NCBI GenBank assembly: GCA_963713925.1
Contig: OY970212.1
Span: forward strand, 986,437 to 1,018,436
Direction of reading: 5' to 3'
Source: an uncultured bacterium
Lineage (GTDB): Bacteria; Babelota; Babeliae; Babelales; Vermiphilaceae
Length of the DNA stretch: 32,000 bases
The notes under the pieces: model-generated
Seen by the model: the letters and a program-made list of their open reading frames with translations, nothing else
Databases searched by the model: none
Told to the model about the DNA's origin: nothing
Translations under genes and position numbers: made by a program
Part shown: piece by piece, positions 16,539 through 25,680 of the stretch
Numbering within the stretch: position 1 is the first letter of the stretch
Layout of the letters: each line of letters opens with the position of its first letter

Positions 16539-17207
16539 TCAAGGGAATTTAACAATTCCCAACCGTCCCCAGTCATCAACAAACTTTTTTATCCCCTGAT
16601 CGGTGAGCTCATGATGCATCGCCTCGGACAATACATCTGCAGACATGGTGGCAACATCTGCTCGAGCAAGAATTGCTTGATTAAAATGCTCAACAGTGCG
16701 AAGCGACGCTGCAAGGACCTGTGTTTTAAATCCATATCGATCGATCATATTTCTAATGACATGCAAAAGCATCGCTCCGTCTCCCTCTTTGCAATATGCA
16801 TCAAGTCTACCGACAAAGGGCGAAATATAATCAACACCCAGCTTACACATAGCAAGCGCTTGAGTGAGCGTAAAAACGAGGGTGATATTAATTGAAACGC
16901 CCTCTTTAACCAAGCGATCAATCACCTCGTAATAATCTTTATAACATGGAATTTTCACGCTGATATTGGGAGCTATTTTGGCGATCTCATGCGCCTGGCG
17001 ATATATATCTTCTGCCTTCGTTTCTGTCACTTCAACGCTCAAGCTCCGGGAACTGCCGAGGATAGAAGCTATCTCCTTTATTATGGCTACCGGATCGCTC
17101 TTTTCTTTACTCAGATTAGTTGGGTTTGTGGTAACTCCATCCAGGATACCTGTTTTAACCCATTCCTTGATGGTAGGAATATGGGATGTATCGAGAAAAA
17201 TTTTCAT
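16539..17207 (-). CDS. tal: transaldolase / fructose-6-phosphate aldolase (short, type 3B)
   Basis: MKIFLDTSHIPTIKEW...GVTTNPT, SVKIP (Schiff-base Lys context), NITLVF and ISPFVGRLD. Start at the ATG at 17207, giving 222 aa. Confidence 0.9.
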   Translation of the reverse strand: MKIFLDTSHIPTIKEWVKTGILDGVTTNPTNLSKEKSDPVAIIKEIASILGSSRSLSVEVTETKAEDIYRQAHEIAKIAPNISVKIPCYKDYYEVIDRLVKEGVSINITLVFTLTQALAMCKLGVDYISPFVGRLDAYCKEGDGAMLLHVIRNMIDRYGFKTQVLAASLRTVEHFNQAILARADVATMSADVLSEAMHHELTDQGIKKFVDDWGRLGIVKFP

Positions 17208-17352
17208 AAAACACCTTATTTTGATTGTCTTGAACCTGCCTTTAACCATAGCAGAAAATTGACTGCAGACAACCTACTTGCCCAGGGAAGGCCTCCTGTA
17301 ATTGAAAATATTTTCAGATATGATATATTGTTAAATATTGCCCAGTTTAAAA

Positions 17353-17400
17353 GGGGCCCCAAATGGACATTAAAACCCCAAAGCCTTGGCATAATTTGGG
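17353..17400. repeat. REP-like palindromic unit (GGGGCCCCAAATG...AATTTGGG)
   Basis: Same core as the units at 22083-22119, 22144-22192 and 25724-25766 (reverse orientation). Confidence 0.6.
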
Positions 17401-17417
17401 CTAAATGGAGGAAAATC

Positions 17418-18290
17418 ATGAAAAAAGTATTCTTAATTGCTTCCAGCTGTATATTGATCTATTGTCTCTATGCAGTAACACCGGAAAGCACAAAAAGTGT
17501 GGCATCTGCCCCCCTTTCAATGAACCAGCAGATAAAGGACACTAAAACGGTCCCTCATATTGCAACGTTCACCTTGAATTGCGATATCGATGTCCAAAAA
17601 ACGATGGACGATCTTTTTACCGCAGCGCATGATGAATCGGTACATGCACTAGCATTGTATATCAATCATCCGGGCGGAGAATGTGGCCCGTATTCTGCGT
17701 TGCATGACCTTATTAAAGCCATACGGAAGAAAAAACCAGTCGTTGCCCTGATCACTGGACACGCATACTCGGCCGGCTACATGATCGCGAGCGCTACTGA
17801 TTATATCATCTGCGCAAGCGGTGCGGGAATCGGCGCGATCGGAACTATTTGGGAAATTCATAAATACAGCGATGCAACTGTCCGCTGCGATGGCCATGAA
17901 GCAACTGATACGGTTGAAGTCTTTATCGCAGGAAAATATAAAGGTGTCGAAAATCCATTAACGGCGCCATTAACCCCCAAAACTCGTAAACATTTACAAG
18001 CAATTGTTGATGAAAATTATCAGTATTTCTTGAAACTCGTGGCTACCAACCGCAATCTTTCTTTGCAAACTTCCGATCAGTGGGCCGATGGAAAAGAATT
18101 CATGGCAGAAAAAGCATTGGCTCTCGGACTTATTGATCAAATTGGAACGCTGTTTGATGTTGAACAGAAAGTGCTTGAAATGGTGCGCGTTGCAAAACCC
18201 GATATCGATTGGGCGCAAAACGTCACATTTGAAAAATATGTAACAAACGATACAGAACAACTATCTAAAAATGAAGGGAAAAATTCATGA
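17418..18290 (+). CDS. signal peptide peptidase SppA-like S49 serine peptidase, paralogue 1
   Basis: GGAGG Shine-Dalgarno sequence and the ATG at 17418. N-terminal TM or signal segment. Motifs INHPGGE, nucleophile context GHAYSAGYMIASA, and general-base context AGKYKG. Confidence 0.8.
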   Translation: MKKVFLIASSCILIYCLYAVTPESTKSVASAPLSMNQQIKDTKTVPHIATFTLNCDIDVQKTMDDLFTAAHDESVHALALYINHPGGECGPYSALHDLIKAIRKKKPVVALITGHAYSAGYMIASATDYIICASGAGIGAIGTIWEIHKYSDATVRCDGHEATDTVEVFIAGKYKGVENPLTAPLTPKTRKHLQAIVDENYQYFLKLVATNRNLSLQTSDQWADGKEFMAEKALALGLIDQIGTLFDVEQKVLEMVRVAKPDIDWAQNVTFEKYVTNDTEQLSKNEGKNS

Positions 18291-19117
18291 AAAAATTATT
18301 TTTTGGCCTTGTGCTCTTTACTTTGATAGGCGCGGCATATATAACAACTGCGGAAAAGAATACTCTTACCATACAACCTAATACGACACAATCTGAACTT
18401 TGCAAACCGGTTTCCGCTCGAATTGCTGTATTCCATATGACTGGCAACATGGATATAAAAACAGCAATGCAAAATTTAACTGTTGCAGCACGAGATGAAT
18501 CAATTCATGGTTTTATACTGGCAATTAATAATTGCGGCGGCGAAGTCGGCCCCTTTTCTGCATTGCATGATCTGATTAAAACAATCGGCACTAAAAAGCC
18601 GATTATTGCATTGATTGTTGGAAATGCAAAATCAGGTGGTTATATGATTGCAAGCGCAGCAGAATATATCATAGCTTCAAGTTGCTCTGAAATCGGTTCG
18701 ATAGGCGTCATGAACGAAACGCATAAGTATAAAAATGTCGTAATCAAAAAAGATATTGAAGCTGAGGATACAGTCACCGTTTTAACTGCCGGAAAATATA
18801 AGGCCATTGGAAATCCGTATCATGACAATCCAGAAGCTCGTGAATTTCTCCAAAAGAATCTCAATACCCTTTATCAAACATTTATCGAAATTGTTAGCAA
18901 AAATCGCTCCATTTCGATAGAAAAACATGAAGAATGGGCCAACGCAAATATATTTATCGGTTCTAAAGCGGTGCAATCAGGATTAGTAGATACAATAGGG
19001 ACTATTTTTGAAGCAGAAGCAAAAATGATCGAACTGTTACGCATACAAAAACCGGATACCATGTGGTCCAACAAAATTGATTTCTTAGCTTTTGAAACCG
19101 AATCGCAAAAGAAGTAA
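18287..19117 (+). CDS. SppA-like S49 serine peptidase, paralogue 2
   Basis: ATGA overlap with paralogue 1. Motifs INNCGGE, GNAKSGGYMIASA and AGKYKA. Confidence 0.8.
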   Translation: MKKLFFGLVLFTLIGAAYITTAEKNTLTIQPNTTQSELCKPVSARIAVFHMTGNMDIKTAMQNLTVAARDESIHGFILAINNCGGEVGPFSALHDLIKTIGTKKPIIALIVGNAKSGGYMIASAAEYIIASSCSEIGSIGVMNETHKYKNVVIKKDIEAEDTVTVLTAGKYKAIGNPYHDNPEAREFLQKNLNTLYQTFIEIVSKNRSISIEKHEEWANANIFIGSKAVQSGLVDTIGTIFEAEAKMIELLRIQKPDTMWSNKIDFLAFETESQKK

Positions 19118-19141
19118 GCAAACACCATTCATATTTTTCCA

Positions 19142-19174
19142 GGGGCTTGTCCGATGACAGGCCCTCTTTTTTTT
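19142..19174 (+). terminator. rho-independent terminator
   Basis: 10-bp stem GGGGCTTGTC / GACAGGCCCT (two G-U pairs) with a CGAT loop, followed by T8. Confidence 0.6.
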
Positions 19175-19218
19175 GATATTTTGAATTATATTATATTACC
19201 AATTAGACTTTTTATAGG

Positions 19219-20043
19219 ATGATTATGAAAAAAATAATATATGTACTGCTTTTAGCGTGCCCATACCTTCAGGTGTTTGCTGATGAACAAAAACCTTCAT
19301 GGAATCTTGAAATTTCTTCCAATAATTCCATAAAACCACGCATCGGTGTTTTTCACATCACTAATGATATGAACCAGTATACAACCCTGAAAAACCTCGT
19401 TCTAGCCTCTAAAGACAATTCGATTCATGGAATTTTACTCTCTGTTAACCATTACGGAGGCGCAGCCTCTATTCTTTCAGCTGTCCGTGATTTGATTAAA
19501 ACTATATCATTGAAAAAGCCTGTCATTGCTCTCGTTATCGGATCTGCTGCCTCCGGAGGTTACTATATGACCTGTGCAGCAAATTATATTGTGGTAACAG
19601 AAATGGCACACATGGGCTCTATTGGTGTTCTTCGTGAAGTTCATAAATATAGTAACGTTAAAATCAACAAAGATATAAAAGCTCACGATAAAATTGAAGT
19701 CTTGCGCGCAGGAAAATATAAAGCTGCCGGGCATCAATATACATCAGAACTCACCGAAGAAGATCGGAAATATATGCAACACGAGATTGATGCGATCTAT
19801 AAAATCTTTCTTGCCAATGTCGCAAATGATAGAAACTTATCATTGGAAAACGAAGATCAATGGGCAAATGCTCGTCTTTTCACCGGAGCGGAAGCTGTTG
19901 AAGTCGGTCTTGCAGATCAAGTGGGCACTTTGTTTGATTTCGAAAAAAAAATGATGGAATATTTACGATCAATAAAACCTGATCTCACTTGGTCGGCCCA
20001 GTTTGATTATGCCGAATACGAAACTGAACTGCCAAAGAAATAA
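19219..20043 (+). CDS. SppA-like S49 serine peptidase, paralogue 3
   Basis: Signal-like N-terminus. Motifs VNHYGGA, GSAASGGYYMTCA and AGKYKA. Collinear with paralogues 1 and 2. Confidence 0.8.
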   Translation: MIMKKIIYVLLLACPYLQVFADEQKPSWNLEISSNNSIKPRIGVFHITNDMNQYTTLKNLVLASKDNSIHGILLSVNHYGGAASILSAVRDLIKTISLKKPVIALVIGSAASGGYYMTCAANYIVVTEMAHMGSIGVLREVHKYSNVKINKDIKAHDKIEVLRAGKYKAAGHQYTSELTEEDRKYMQHEIDAIYKIFLANVANDRNLSLENEDQWANARLFTGAEAVEVGLADQVGTLFDFEKKMMEYLRSIKPDLTWSAQFDYAEYETELPKK

Positions 20044-20064
20044 AACATCTCGATTTTTTGGAGA

Positions 20065-20093
20065 GGCCTGTCAACAATGACAGGCTCTTTTTT
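20065..20093 (+). terminator. rho-independent terminator
   Basis: Stem GGCCTGTCA / TGACAGGCT with an ACAA loop, followed by T6. Confidence 0.65.
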
Positions 20094-20511
20094 ATTTAAA
20101 AAACTGACTCAGAAAGCGCATAAAAACACTCAAAAACCCATTGATTGTGATTCCCCAGAGCATATCAACAACGGTGAGCTGTAAACTCCACTGTGGCATG
20201 ATTGCATAGTTTGTCAGATCATATACGCCATAAACAACCAAGCCATAGGCGCATCCAAGTAACAACTGATAGACTAAACTCATAGTCTGGATTTGCGGCA
20301 TAACAAACAACAGCTGTCCTGCGACCATAAGCACCCACACCAACAGCGCAGGAAGGTGGCGCCCAACGAATGCTCCATCAATGATACGGGTAAATGGCTC
20401 TAACTGCGTTTGATAAAAACCACGCATAATGCCATTGAGCCAGATCAAATCCATCATGATGAGTGTCACGATTGAAATGAAAAATACAAGCAGTTTTGAA
20501 AATAGCGACAT
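20092..20511 (-). CDS. small 4-TM membrane protein (DUF2177-like)
   Basis: 139 aa. The N-terminal IVTLIMMDLIWLNGIMRGFY pattern and overall size and topology resemble DUF2177 as I remember it. No search was done. Confidence 0.5.
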   Translation of the reverse strand: MSLFSKLLVFFISIVTLIMMDLIWLNGIMRGFYQTQLEPFTRIIDGAFVGRHLPALLVWVLMVAGQLLFVMPQIQTMSLVYQLLLGCAYGLVVYGVYDLTNYAIMPQWSLQLTVVDMLWGITINGFLSVFMRFLSQFFK

Positions 20512-20542
20512 ACCCTCTCCTTGTTTTTATGAAAGATCTCAA

Positions 20543-22036
20543 TTATATTTTGGCCACATATCGTTGAGCAATTTCGCGAATACGCTCTGAACTTGATCGC
20601 TCAAGAGCAGCTATCACCTCAGGTTGAACCGCCGGCAAACTCTTTTTTTGTTGTAAAGCAACTAATAACATCAATATATCTTCAATCGGTGCTTCGTTCA
20701 GACTAGAATACAATTGCATTGAGTAATATTTTTTCCCATTTTCATCATGTACAACATGAAGACCATCAGTCGCAGTCCTCCACTTCAAACCACCAGAAAA
20801 TGTAACCAGGCGATTTGCACCACTGTAAATCCCTCTATCGGTATATACTCTACTTGAGCCAGCACTCGGGTTGAAATAGTTCGATGCTATATCGGCATCG
20901 GCAAATATTTGAGTATACGTACCGATTGCCAAGTCGCAATGCACAAGTGTTTTCTTATTATCACCCGAATTAAGAGTTATCATCTCTTTTCCACTGTCGT
21001 GAATACGCATTTTTAAAATAGGATAATCAAATGTAATATGCTTGAGCAATTTTTGTGTTTTAATATCCGATATAGAGCACGCATTATTAAAGACAGTCAC
21101 AATTTTTTCTTCGTCAATAATGCGAGCCCGTATATCATTGCCCCAAAATCTGTCATTCCCGCTTCTAAATGGTCCCCACAATTCTCCTGTTGTTATCTCA
21201 ACACAGTAAAGATTCACTTCCTTCGGTTCATCCAAAAAATTTCCTAAACACGCATATCGCTCGCTACCTTCCACTGTGAAAATATATTTTCCAGGAAATT
21301 CTCTTACAACAGTCTCAGGATTCAGAACAAGCGTTGATGCTTGACGATTGTTGTTTCTACATGCCACAACACATCCGGAGGGATTGATCAACTCAAAGTA
21401 TTTGACTTTTTTTCCTTGTGGTATTTTGAATTTGATATCAACCGTTTTACGCTCAGGGTCATATTTACAAATTTTGGTTTCTTCAGTGTTTTCATTTCCA
21501 CTATGATAATAGAAGCAATTTTCATGGAAATACAATGAGAAACGAGAATTCACCATATACTGCGTATCGAGTTCCTCTGTACGGCTCTTTCGTATATCAT
21601 GGGAATACAGTTTATTTTTTTCTCCCCACCATATTTTTCCTCGAAAAAATGTAACCTTTTTACGATTGATACCATCTACGTTGATAGGTCGCAATGGTTC
21701 TTGTTGCGCTTCCTGTATAAGACGCGGGTAATCCCTAAAAAAAATTCTTCTGAAATCATTTTTTATACTCTCCGGATAATATGTACCCATTACCTCTATT
21801 TCCGCAAGATCCAATGCTCGTTCTTCAATGGAACTCACCAAAGAATCAACAGCCTTTTCAGTAGCCATCTCTTGCAATGAGGGCACAAATCTTAATTGTG
21901 ATTCCTCAGCTTTTATTTCTTTAGCCTCATCAGATTTTATTCTCTTGGCATAATAATCGACTGGGAACAATAGTATCGGCGAAATCAGTGTTACTGTAAA
22001 AAATATTTTCAGTGCTATTTTCTTACCCAATCTCAT
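20543..22036 (-). CDS. membrane-anchored or exported hypothetical protein (497 aa), probably beta-rich
   Basis: Start moved to MRLGKKIALKIFFTVTLISPILL (ATG at 22036). The 75 codons upstream in the ORF track run through REP-like repeats. Confidence 0.6.
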   Translation of the reverse strand: MRLGKKIALKIFFTVTLISPILLFPVDYYAKRIKSDEAKEIKAEESQLRFVPSLQEMATEKAVDSLVSSIEERALDLAEIEVMGTYYPESIKNDFRRIFFRDYPRLIQEAQQEPLRPINVDGINRKKVTFFRGKIWWGEKNKLYSHDIRKSRTEELDTQYMVNSRFSLYFHENCFYYHSGNENTEETKICKYDPERKTVDIKFKIPQGKKVKYFELINPSGCVVACRNNNRQASTLVLNPETVVREFPGKYIFTVEGSERYACLGNFLDEPKEVNLYCVEITTGELWGPFRSGNDRFWGNDIRARIIDEEKIVTVFNNACSISDIKTQKLLKHITFDYPILKMRIHDSGKEMITLNSGDNKKTLVHCDLAIGTYTQIFADADIASNYFNPSAGSSRVYTDRGIYSGANRLVTFSGGLKWRTATDGLHVVHDENGKKYYSMQLYSSLNEAPIEDILMLLVALQQKKSLPAVQPEVIAALERSSSERIREIAQRYVAKI

Positions 22037-22039
22037 TAC

Positions 22040-22255
22040 ATTCCGCCGTTGCCCGTTGGCTATGGCTGTGCCCGTCGAAGCTGGGCCCCAAATGCAAATT
22101 TGGGTAAAAGCTTGGCGAGTTTGATAACCCGGATAAGCGATACGGGTCCCAAATGAAGCTCTCGCTGAATTTGGGTAAAAAGACTGGGCGAGACAAGTCG
22201 CTTGGGGCCCGTTTTTGGGGTATTCCATAAGTATGGAGCATGCGTGTGCTAGATA
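22040..22255. repeat. cluster of REP-like palindromic units
   Basis: Units GGGCCCCAAATGCAAATTTGGGTAAAAGCTTGGCGAG (22083-22119), GGGTCCCAAATG..AATTTGGGTAAAAAGACTGGGCGAG (22144-22192) and GGGGCCCGTTTTTGGGG (22204-22220). Confidence 0.65.
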
Positions 22256-22257
22256 TT

Positions 22258-22506
22258 TCATAATGTTTGCCCGTTCTCAATACGATTTGGCAATTGAGCA
22301 AAATCGCTCACAATGCCTTCTTTGATGAAATAGTCCATTACCGCTTCAAATTCTCTTTGTTGCAGTTCTGGCACGAAGAATTCAAATATGCTTTTTGGAA
22401 CATCTATCGTCCGATCGAAACAGATATGATCATATGAGCGTAGGAGCGCAGTGAAATACCATACGCGTGGAGGTTCAACGTGGGCTCTATAATATAGGCA
22501 ATACAT
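22258..22506 (-). CDS. small hypothetical cytoplasmic protein (82 aa)
   Basis: ORF with a globular-looking sequence (YYRAHVEPPRVWYFTALLRSYDHICFDRT...FEFFVP). Start taken at the second ATG (MYCLYY). No family assigned. Confidence 0.45.
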   Translation of the reverse strand: MYCLYYRAHVEPPRVWYFTALLRSYDHICFDRTIDVPKSIFEFFVPELQQREFEAVMDYFIKEGIVSDFAQLPNRIENGQTL

Positions 22507-22584
22507 GGCTGATTGTTTTTCTTTCGTATTTATGAGACTATAGCGTTTAGTATACAATTGTTTATTTATCAGAGGAACCCAATA

Positions 22585-23790
22585 ATGAATACCGTTGAGC
22601 AGAAAAAGATTGGCGTATCAACTGCAACTATCATTGGCATGAATGCCATGATTGGCGCCGGCGTATTTACCGCCCCCGCAGCAATGGCTTCGAACGTGGG
22701 TCCTGCCGGAATTGTTGCGTATCTTTTTGTGGTTATCGCTGTCTGGTTTTTGGCTCAATCATTAGCCCGTTTGGCATATCTCTATCCGCAAGAAGGCTCC
22801 TTTTACACCTATGCAAAGCAATGGGGTGGACATTATATCGGTTTGCTTTCAAGCGGCCTTTATTTGGTCGGCCTTATTATTGCCATGGGCTTACTGGCAA
22901 AAGTTGCCGGGTTCTATCTGCATGATTTTATACCGTTCATATCATCGCAAACTTTGGGTCTTATTGTGCTCTGGGTTTTAGTAGCGCTCAATATGTTTGG
23001 CGTCACCATGTCTGAACTAGGACAACAAATATTGATTATATGCACGGTGTTGCCATTGCTATTGACGACCATCATCTGTTTTGCTCATGCCGACATTGCG
23101 AATCTGACACCATTTATGCCTCACGGCATTGGCAATATTTTCAAAGCGACTCGCATTGTTATTTTTGGATTCTTTGGATTTGAGAGCGCTGCTTCACTGT
23201 TTACCATCGTTGACCGACCTGAAAAAAATGTGCCGCGCGCGCTGACCTACTCGATCATCTTGGTTGGAATCATTTACACACTCTTTATCGCATCAATTAT
23301 TATTTCGACTCCTGCATCAGTGTTTACCGGCCCCGATGTGAAAGTGCCACAAATTATTGCCGCTTTGTTGCCTGGCTACACGTGGCTCGTGAATCTTATT
23401 TACATCTCGATTCTCTCTGCTGTCATCGGCACGATTCACTCGATGATTTGGGGCTCGAGTGCTTTGTGTCTTTCTTTGGCAAACAAAATGAAAAGCCCTG
23501 TCGTGCATAAACTTTTGGATCGAGGAATTCTCAACAATCGCTTCATGGTATTTATGGTTGGGGTGTGCATTACCTTGAGCAATCTGGTATTGCATAACAT
23601 TGATCTTTTTTTTAATCTCACCGCATTATGCATCATCAGCGCATTCATTCTTTCGCTGATCACATTATTGCCTTTGAGATCAGAATGGAAATCGGGACGA
23701 AATATCAACACAGTAATTGGTATTATTACCGCTGTTCTTATTTTCTACTTTGCGGCTGAAGGGTTATACGACGAACTTTTCAAGCATTAA
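22585..23790 (+). CDS. APC-superfamily amino-acid permease
   Basis: 401 aa from MNTVEQKK, about 12 TM. The N-terminal GVSTATIIGMNAMIGAGVFTAP signature region is present. Confidence 0.85.
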   Translation: MNTVEQKKIGVSTATIIGMNAMIGAGVFTAPAAMASNVGPAGIVAYLFVVIAVWFLAQSLARLAYLYPQEGSFYTYAKQWGGHYIGLLSSGLYLVGLIIAMGLLAKVAGFYLHDFIPFISSQTLGLIVLWVLVALNMFGVTMSELGQQILIICTVLPLLLTTIICFAHADIANLTPFMPHGIGNIFKATRIVIFGFFGFESAASLFTIVDRPEKNVPRALTYSIILVGIIYTLFIASIIISTPASVFTGPDVKVPQIIAALLPGYTWLVNLIYISILSAVIGTIHSMIWGSSALCLSLANKMKSPVVHKLLDRGILNNRFMVFMVGVCITLSNLVLHNIDLFFNLTALCIISAFILSLITLLPLRSEWKSGRNINTVIGIITAVLIFYFAAEGLYDELFKH

Positions 23791-23989
23791 TACGTCAAAT
23801 GAATGACTATTGCCACAAACAAAAGTTCATTCATTTCAACAGCCTCTTAAATGCTTACCTTTTGTCTGAAAAGAGTCTCATATTCAGTATATACAGCGGG
23901 GATATATAATATCCCCGCTTTCAATTTGACGAGTCATTAATCTTGGTGCTATAAGTATAAAAAACCGATTCTTTAAAAAAGGAAACGTA

Positions 23990-25678
23990 ATGGCTGCAGC
24001 ACTCGTCTTTCGCGTGCGTACTTTTTCAGCGCTTGCTGCGTTGACCACATGCCTGTTCATGCACACTGTGTACGCCGATCTCACCTCTCTAGCACGAAAT
24101 GATCCATATCCTGTCTATAAAGCAGTTGATCCAACAGAACTTCTGTATACCTGGGACAAACTGTGGATGAAAGAATATCCGCTTGAAATTGATCGCTCTC
24201 AAACAATGAGCATTGCGCTTTCTGCCTTTGGCCAGAACGCCTGTGTGGGAAAAGATCGCTGTGGAATCCGTGTGCCGCTGGGCGATTTGCACGGTCGCTG
24301 GAACATGATCGGACTCTTGATGGGGCCATTACCGGAAGGAAAAACACTTCCCGCTCCATTGGCAGCTGCGCTTCAAGCGATTTTTCCCGGAATGCCTCAG
24401 GGCACACTCAATGACCCGAATATTGTTGATCCAAATCAAACATTCGGTTTTTTCTCTCTCCCACTCAAATATTATAAACGCGGTTTGCGCTGGGAATTTA
24501 CCGGCATGTTCAGCTGCAACTTCGGATTTATTTTTCAAGGCGGTGTTGCCGATATTTGTCAGAAAGTATGCAACTTTGACAATCTGACCTGCATGTCGTG
24601 TAATTATAAGCAAACCATGAATGGCGATGGATGCGTTAATACACTCTTGGCAAGCAACTGTAATCCTCCCAATCCTATAACGACACAAACTCCGGGAATT
24701 GCCGGACCGCTGCCGCTGGTTGAATGTACTGCGCCCGCCAATGCTGCAAGTAAAAGTGTGCCTCTCAATTGCTGCGGGAGAATCTGCGACGCGACCATTC
24801 TATGTTGTGGAAGAAAGTTTAATGAGTCGGTCAGCAGCCCGAATCCAGATGGAACAGGACCAAACCTTGCTCGAACGATAGGAAGCTCGCTCCCTAAATA
24901 TCCAAATCTCACTACAGACCTTGTAAACCAATATTTGATGAATGAATTACGTCCCATTGCTGACGCAATTGGTCTTAACATTTGCGATTTTCATACAGTT
25001 TCAATCGAAGATCTTCGCCTCAGCCTTTTCTGGCGCTCTGCTCGCAATGTGAACTTGGGGCGTGAAGGATGGGCAGAATTTTTGTTTGAACCGTATCTCA
25101 TGGCCGGCGTTTCAATCGGAAGCGGTAAAGAACAAAATACGAACTGCGCATTCTCACTGCCATTTGGAAACAATGGACACACCGCGATGGGTGCAACCGG
25201 CGGATTAAATCTTGATTTTGTCGATACTATTGAAATCGGCTCGGAAGTCGGATTTACCGGATTTTTTGGCAAAAACTTTTGTAATTATCGTGTTCCAAAC
25301 CAAGTGCCCAATAGAAATTGTCAGCTCGGAATTGCACCATTCACCACCGATGTATATATCAAACCGGGCTTCAACTGGCATTGGAACATCAAAATGCTTG
25401 CCTGGCACTTTATCGACAGACTTTCATTTTATGGCCAATATGTACTGCTCCATCACGAAGATGATAAAATATGCTTGAAAACGCCGGACATAACCAACGC
25501 ATTCGATGTCAGAACACTGGAGAATGAATCGTGCTTTAAAGTGCAACTTCTCAACCTTGGATTCTATTACGATATCGCACCACAAATGTCACTCGGCCTC
25601 TTTATTCAAGCGCCGTTAAGTCAACGACGTGCATATCAAAGCACCACGGTTATGTTCTCATTGTGGGCAACGTATTAA
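23990..25678 (+). CDS. cysteine-rich putative outer-membrane beta-barrel protein
   Basis: Signal peptide ending VYA-D. Alternating-polarity strands in the C-terminal half. The C-terminus is FSLWATY (aromatic). 22 Cys in total, 12 of them within about 90 residues. Confidence 0.55.
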   Translation: MAAALVFRVRTFSALAALTTCLFMHTVYADLTSLARNDPYPVYKAVDPTELLYTWDKLWMKEYPLEIDRSQTMSIALSAFGQNACVGKDRCGIRVPLGDLHGRWNMIGLLMGPLPEGKTLPAPLAAALQAIFPGMPQGTLNDPNIVDPNQTFGFFSLPLKYYKRGLRWEFTGMFSCNFGFIFQGGVADICQKVCNFDNLTCMSCNYKQTMNGDGCVNTLLASNCNPPNPITTQTPGIAGPLPLVECTAPANAASKSVPLNCCGRICDATILCCGRKFNESVSSPNPDGTGPNLARTIGSSLPKYPNLTTDLVNQYLMNELRPIADAIGLNICDFHTVSIEDLRLSLFWRSARNVNLGREGWAEFLFEPYLMAGVSIGSGKEQNTNCAFSLPFGNNGHTAMGATGGLNLDFVDTIEIGSEVGFTGFFGKNFCNYRVPNQVPNRNCQLGIAPFTTDVYIKPGFNWHWNIKMLAWHFIDRLSFYGQYVLLHHEDDKICLKTPDITNAFDVRTLENESCFKVQLLNLGFYYDIAPQMSLGLFIQAPLSQRRAYQSTTVMFSLWATY

Positions 25679-25680
25679 AA

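Noticed and set aside
16989-17417. Long N-terminal extension of the first SppA-like ORF (ORF track 16989-18290)
   Set aside because: The extension is antisense to the well-supported tal gene and crosses a REP-like unit. A GGAGG Shine-Dalgarno sequence plus ATG at 17418 gives a normal signal peptide.
22037-22301. The first 75 codons of ORF 20543-22261, and ORF 22023-22301
   Set aside because: Encoded entirely by the REP-like cluster. An internal ATG at 22036 gives a proper anchor or signal sequence.
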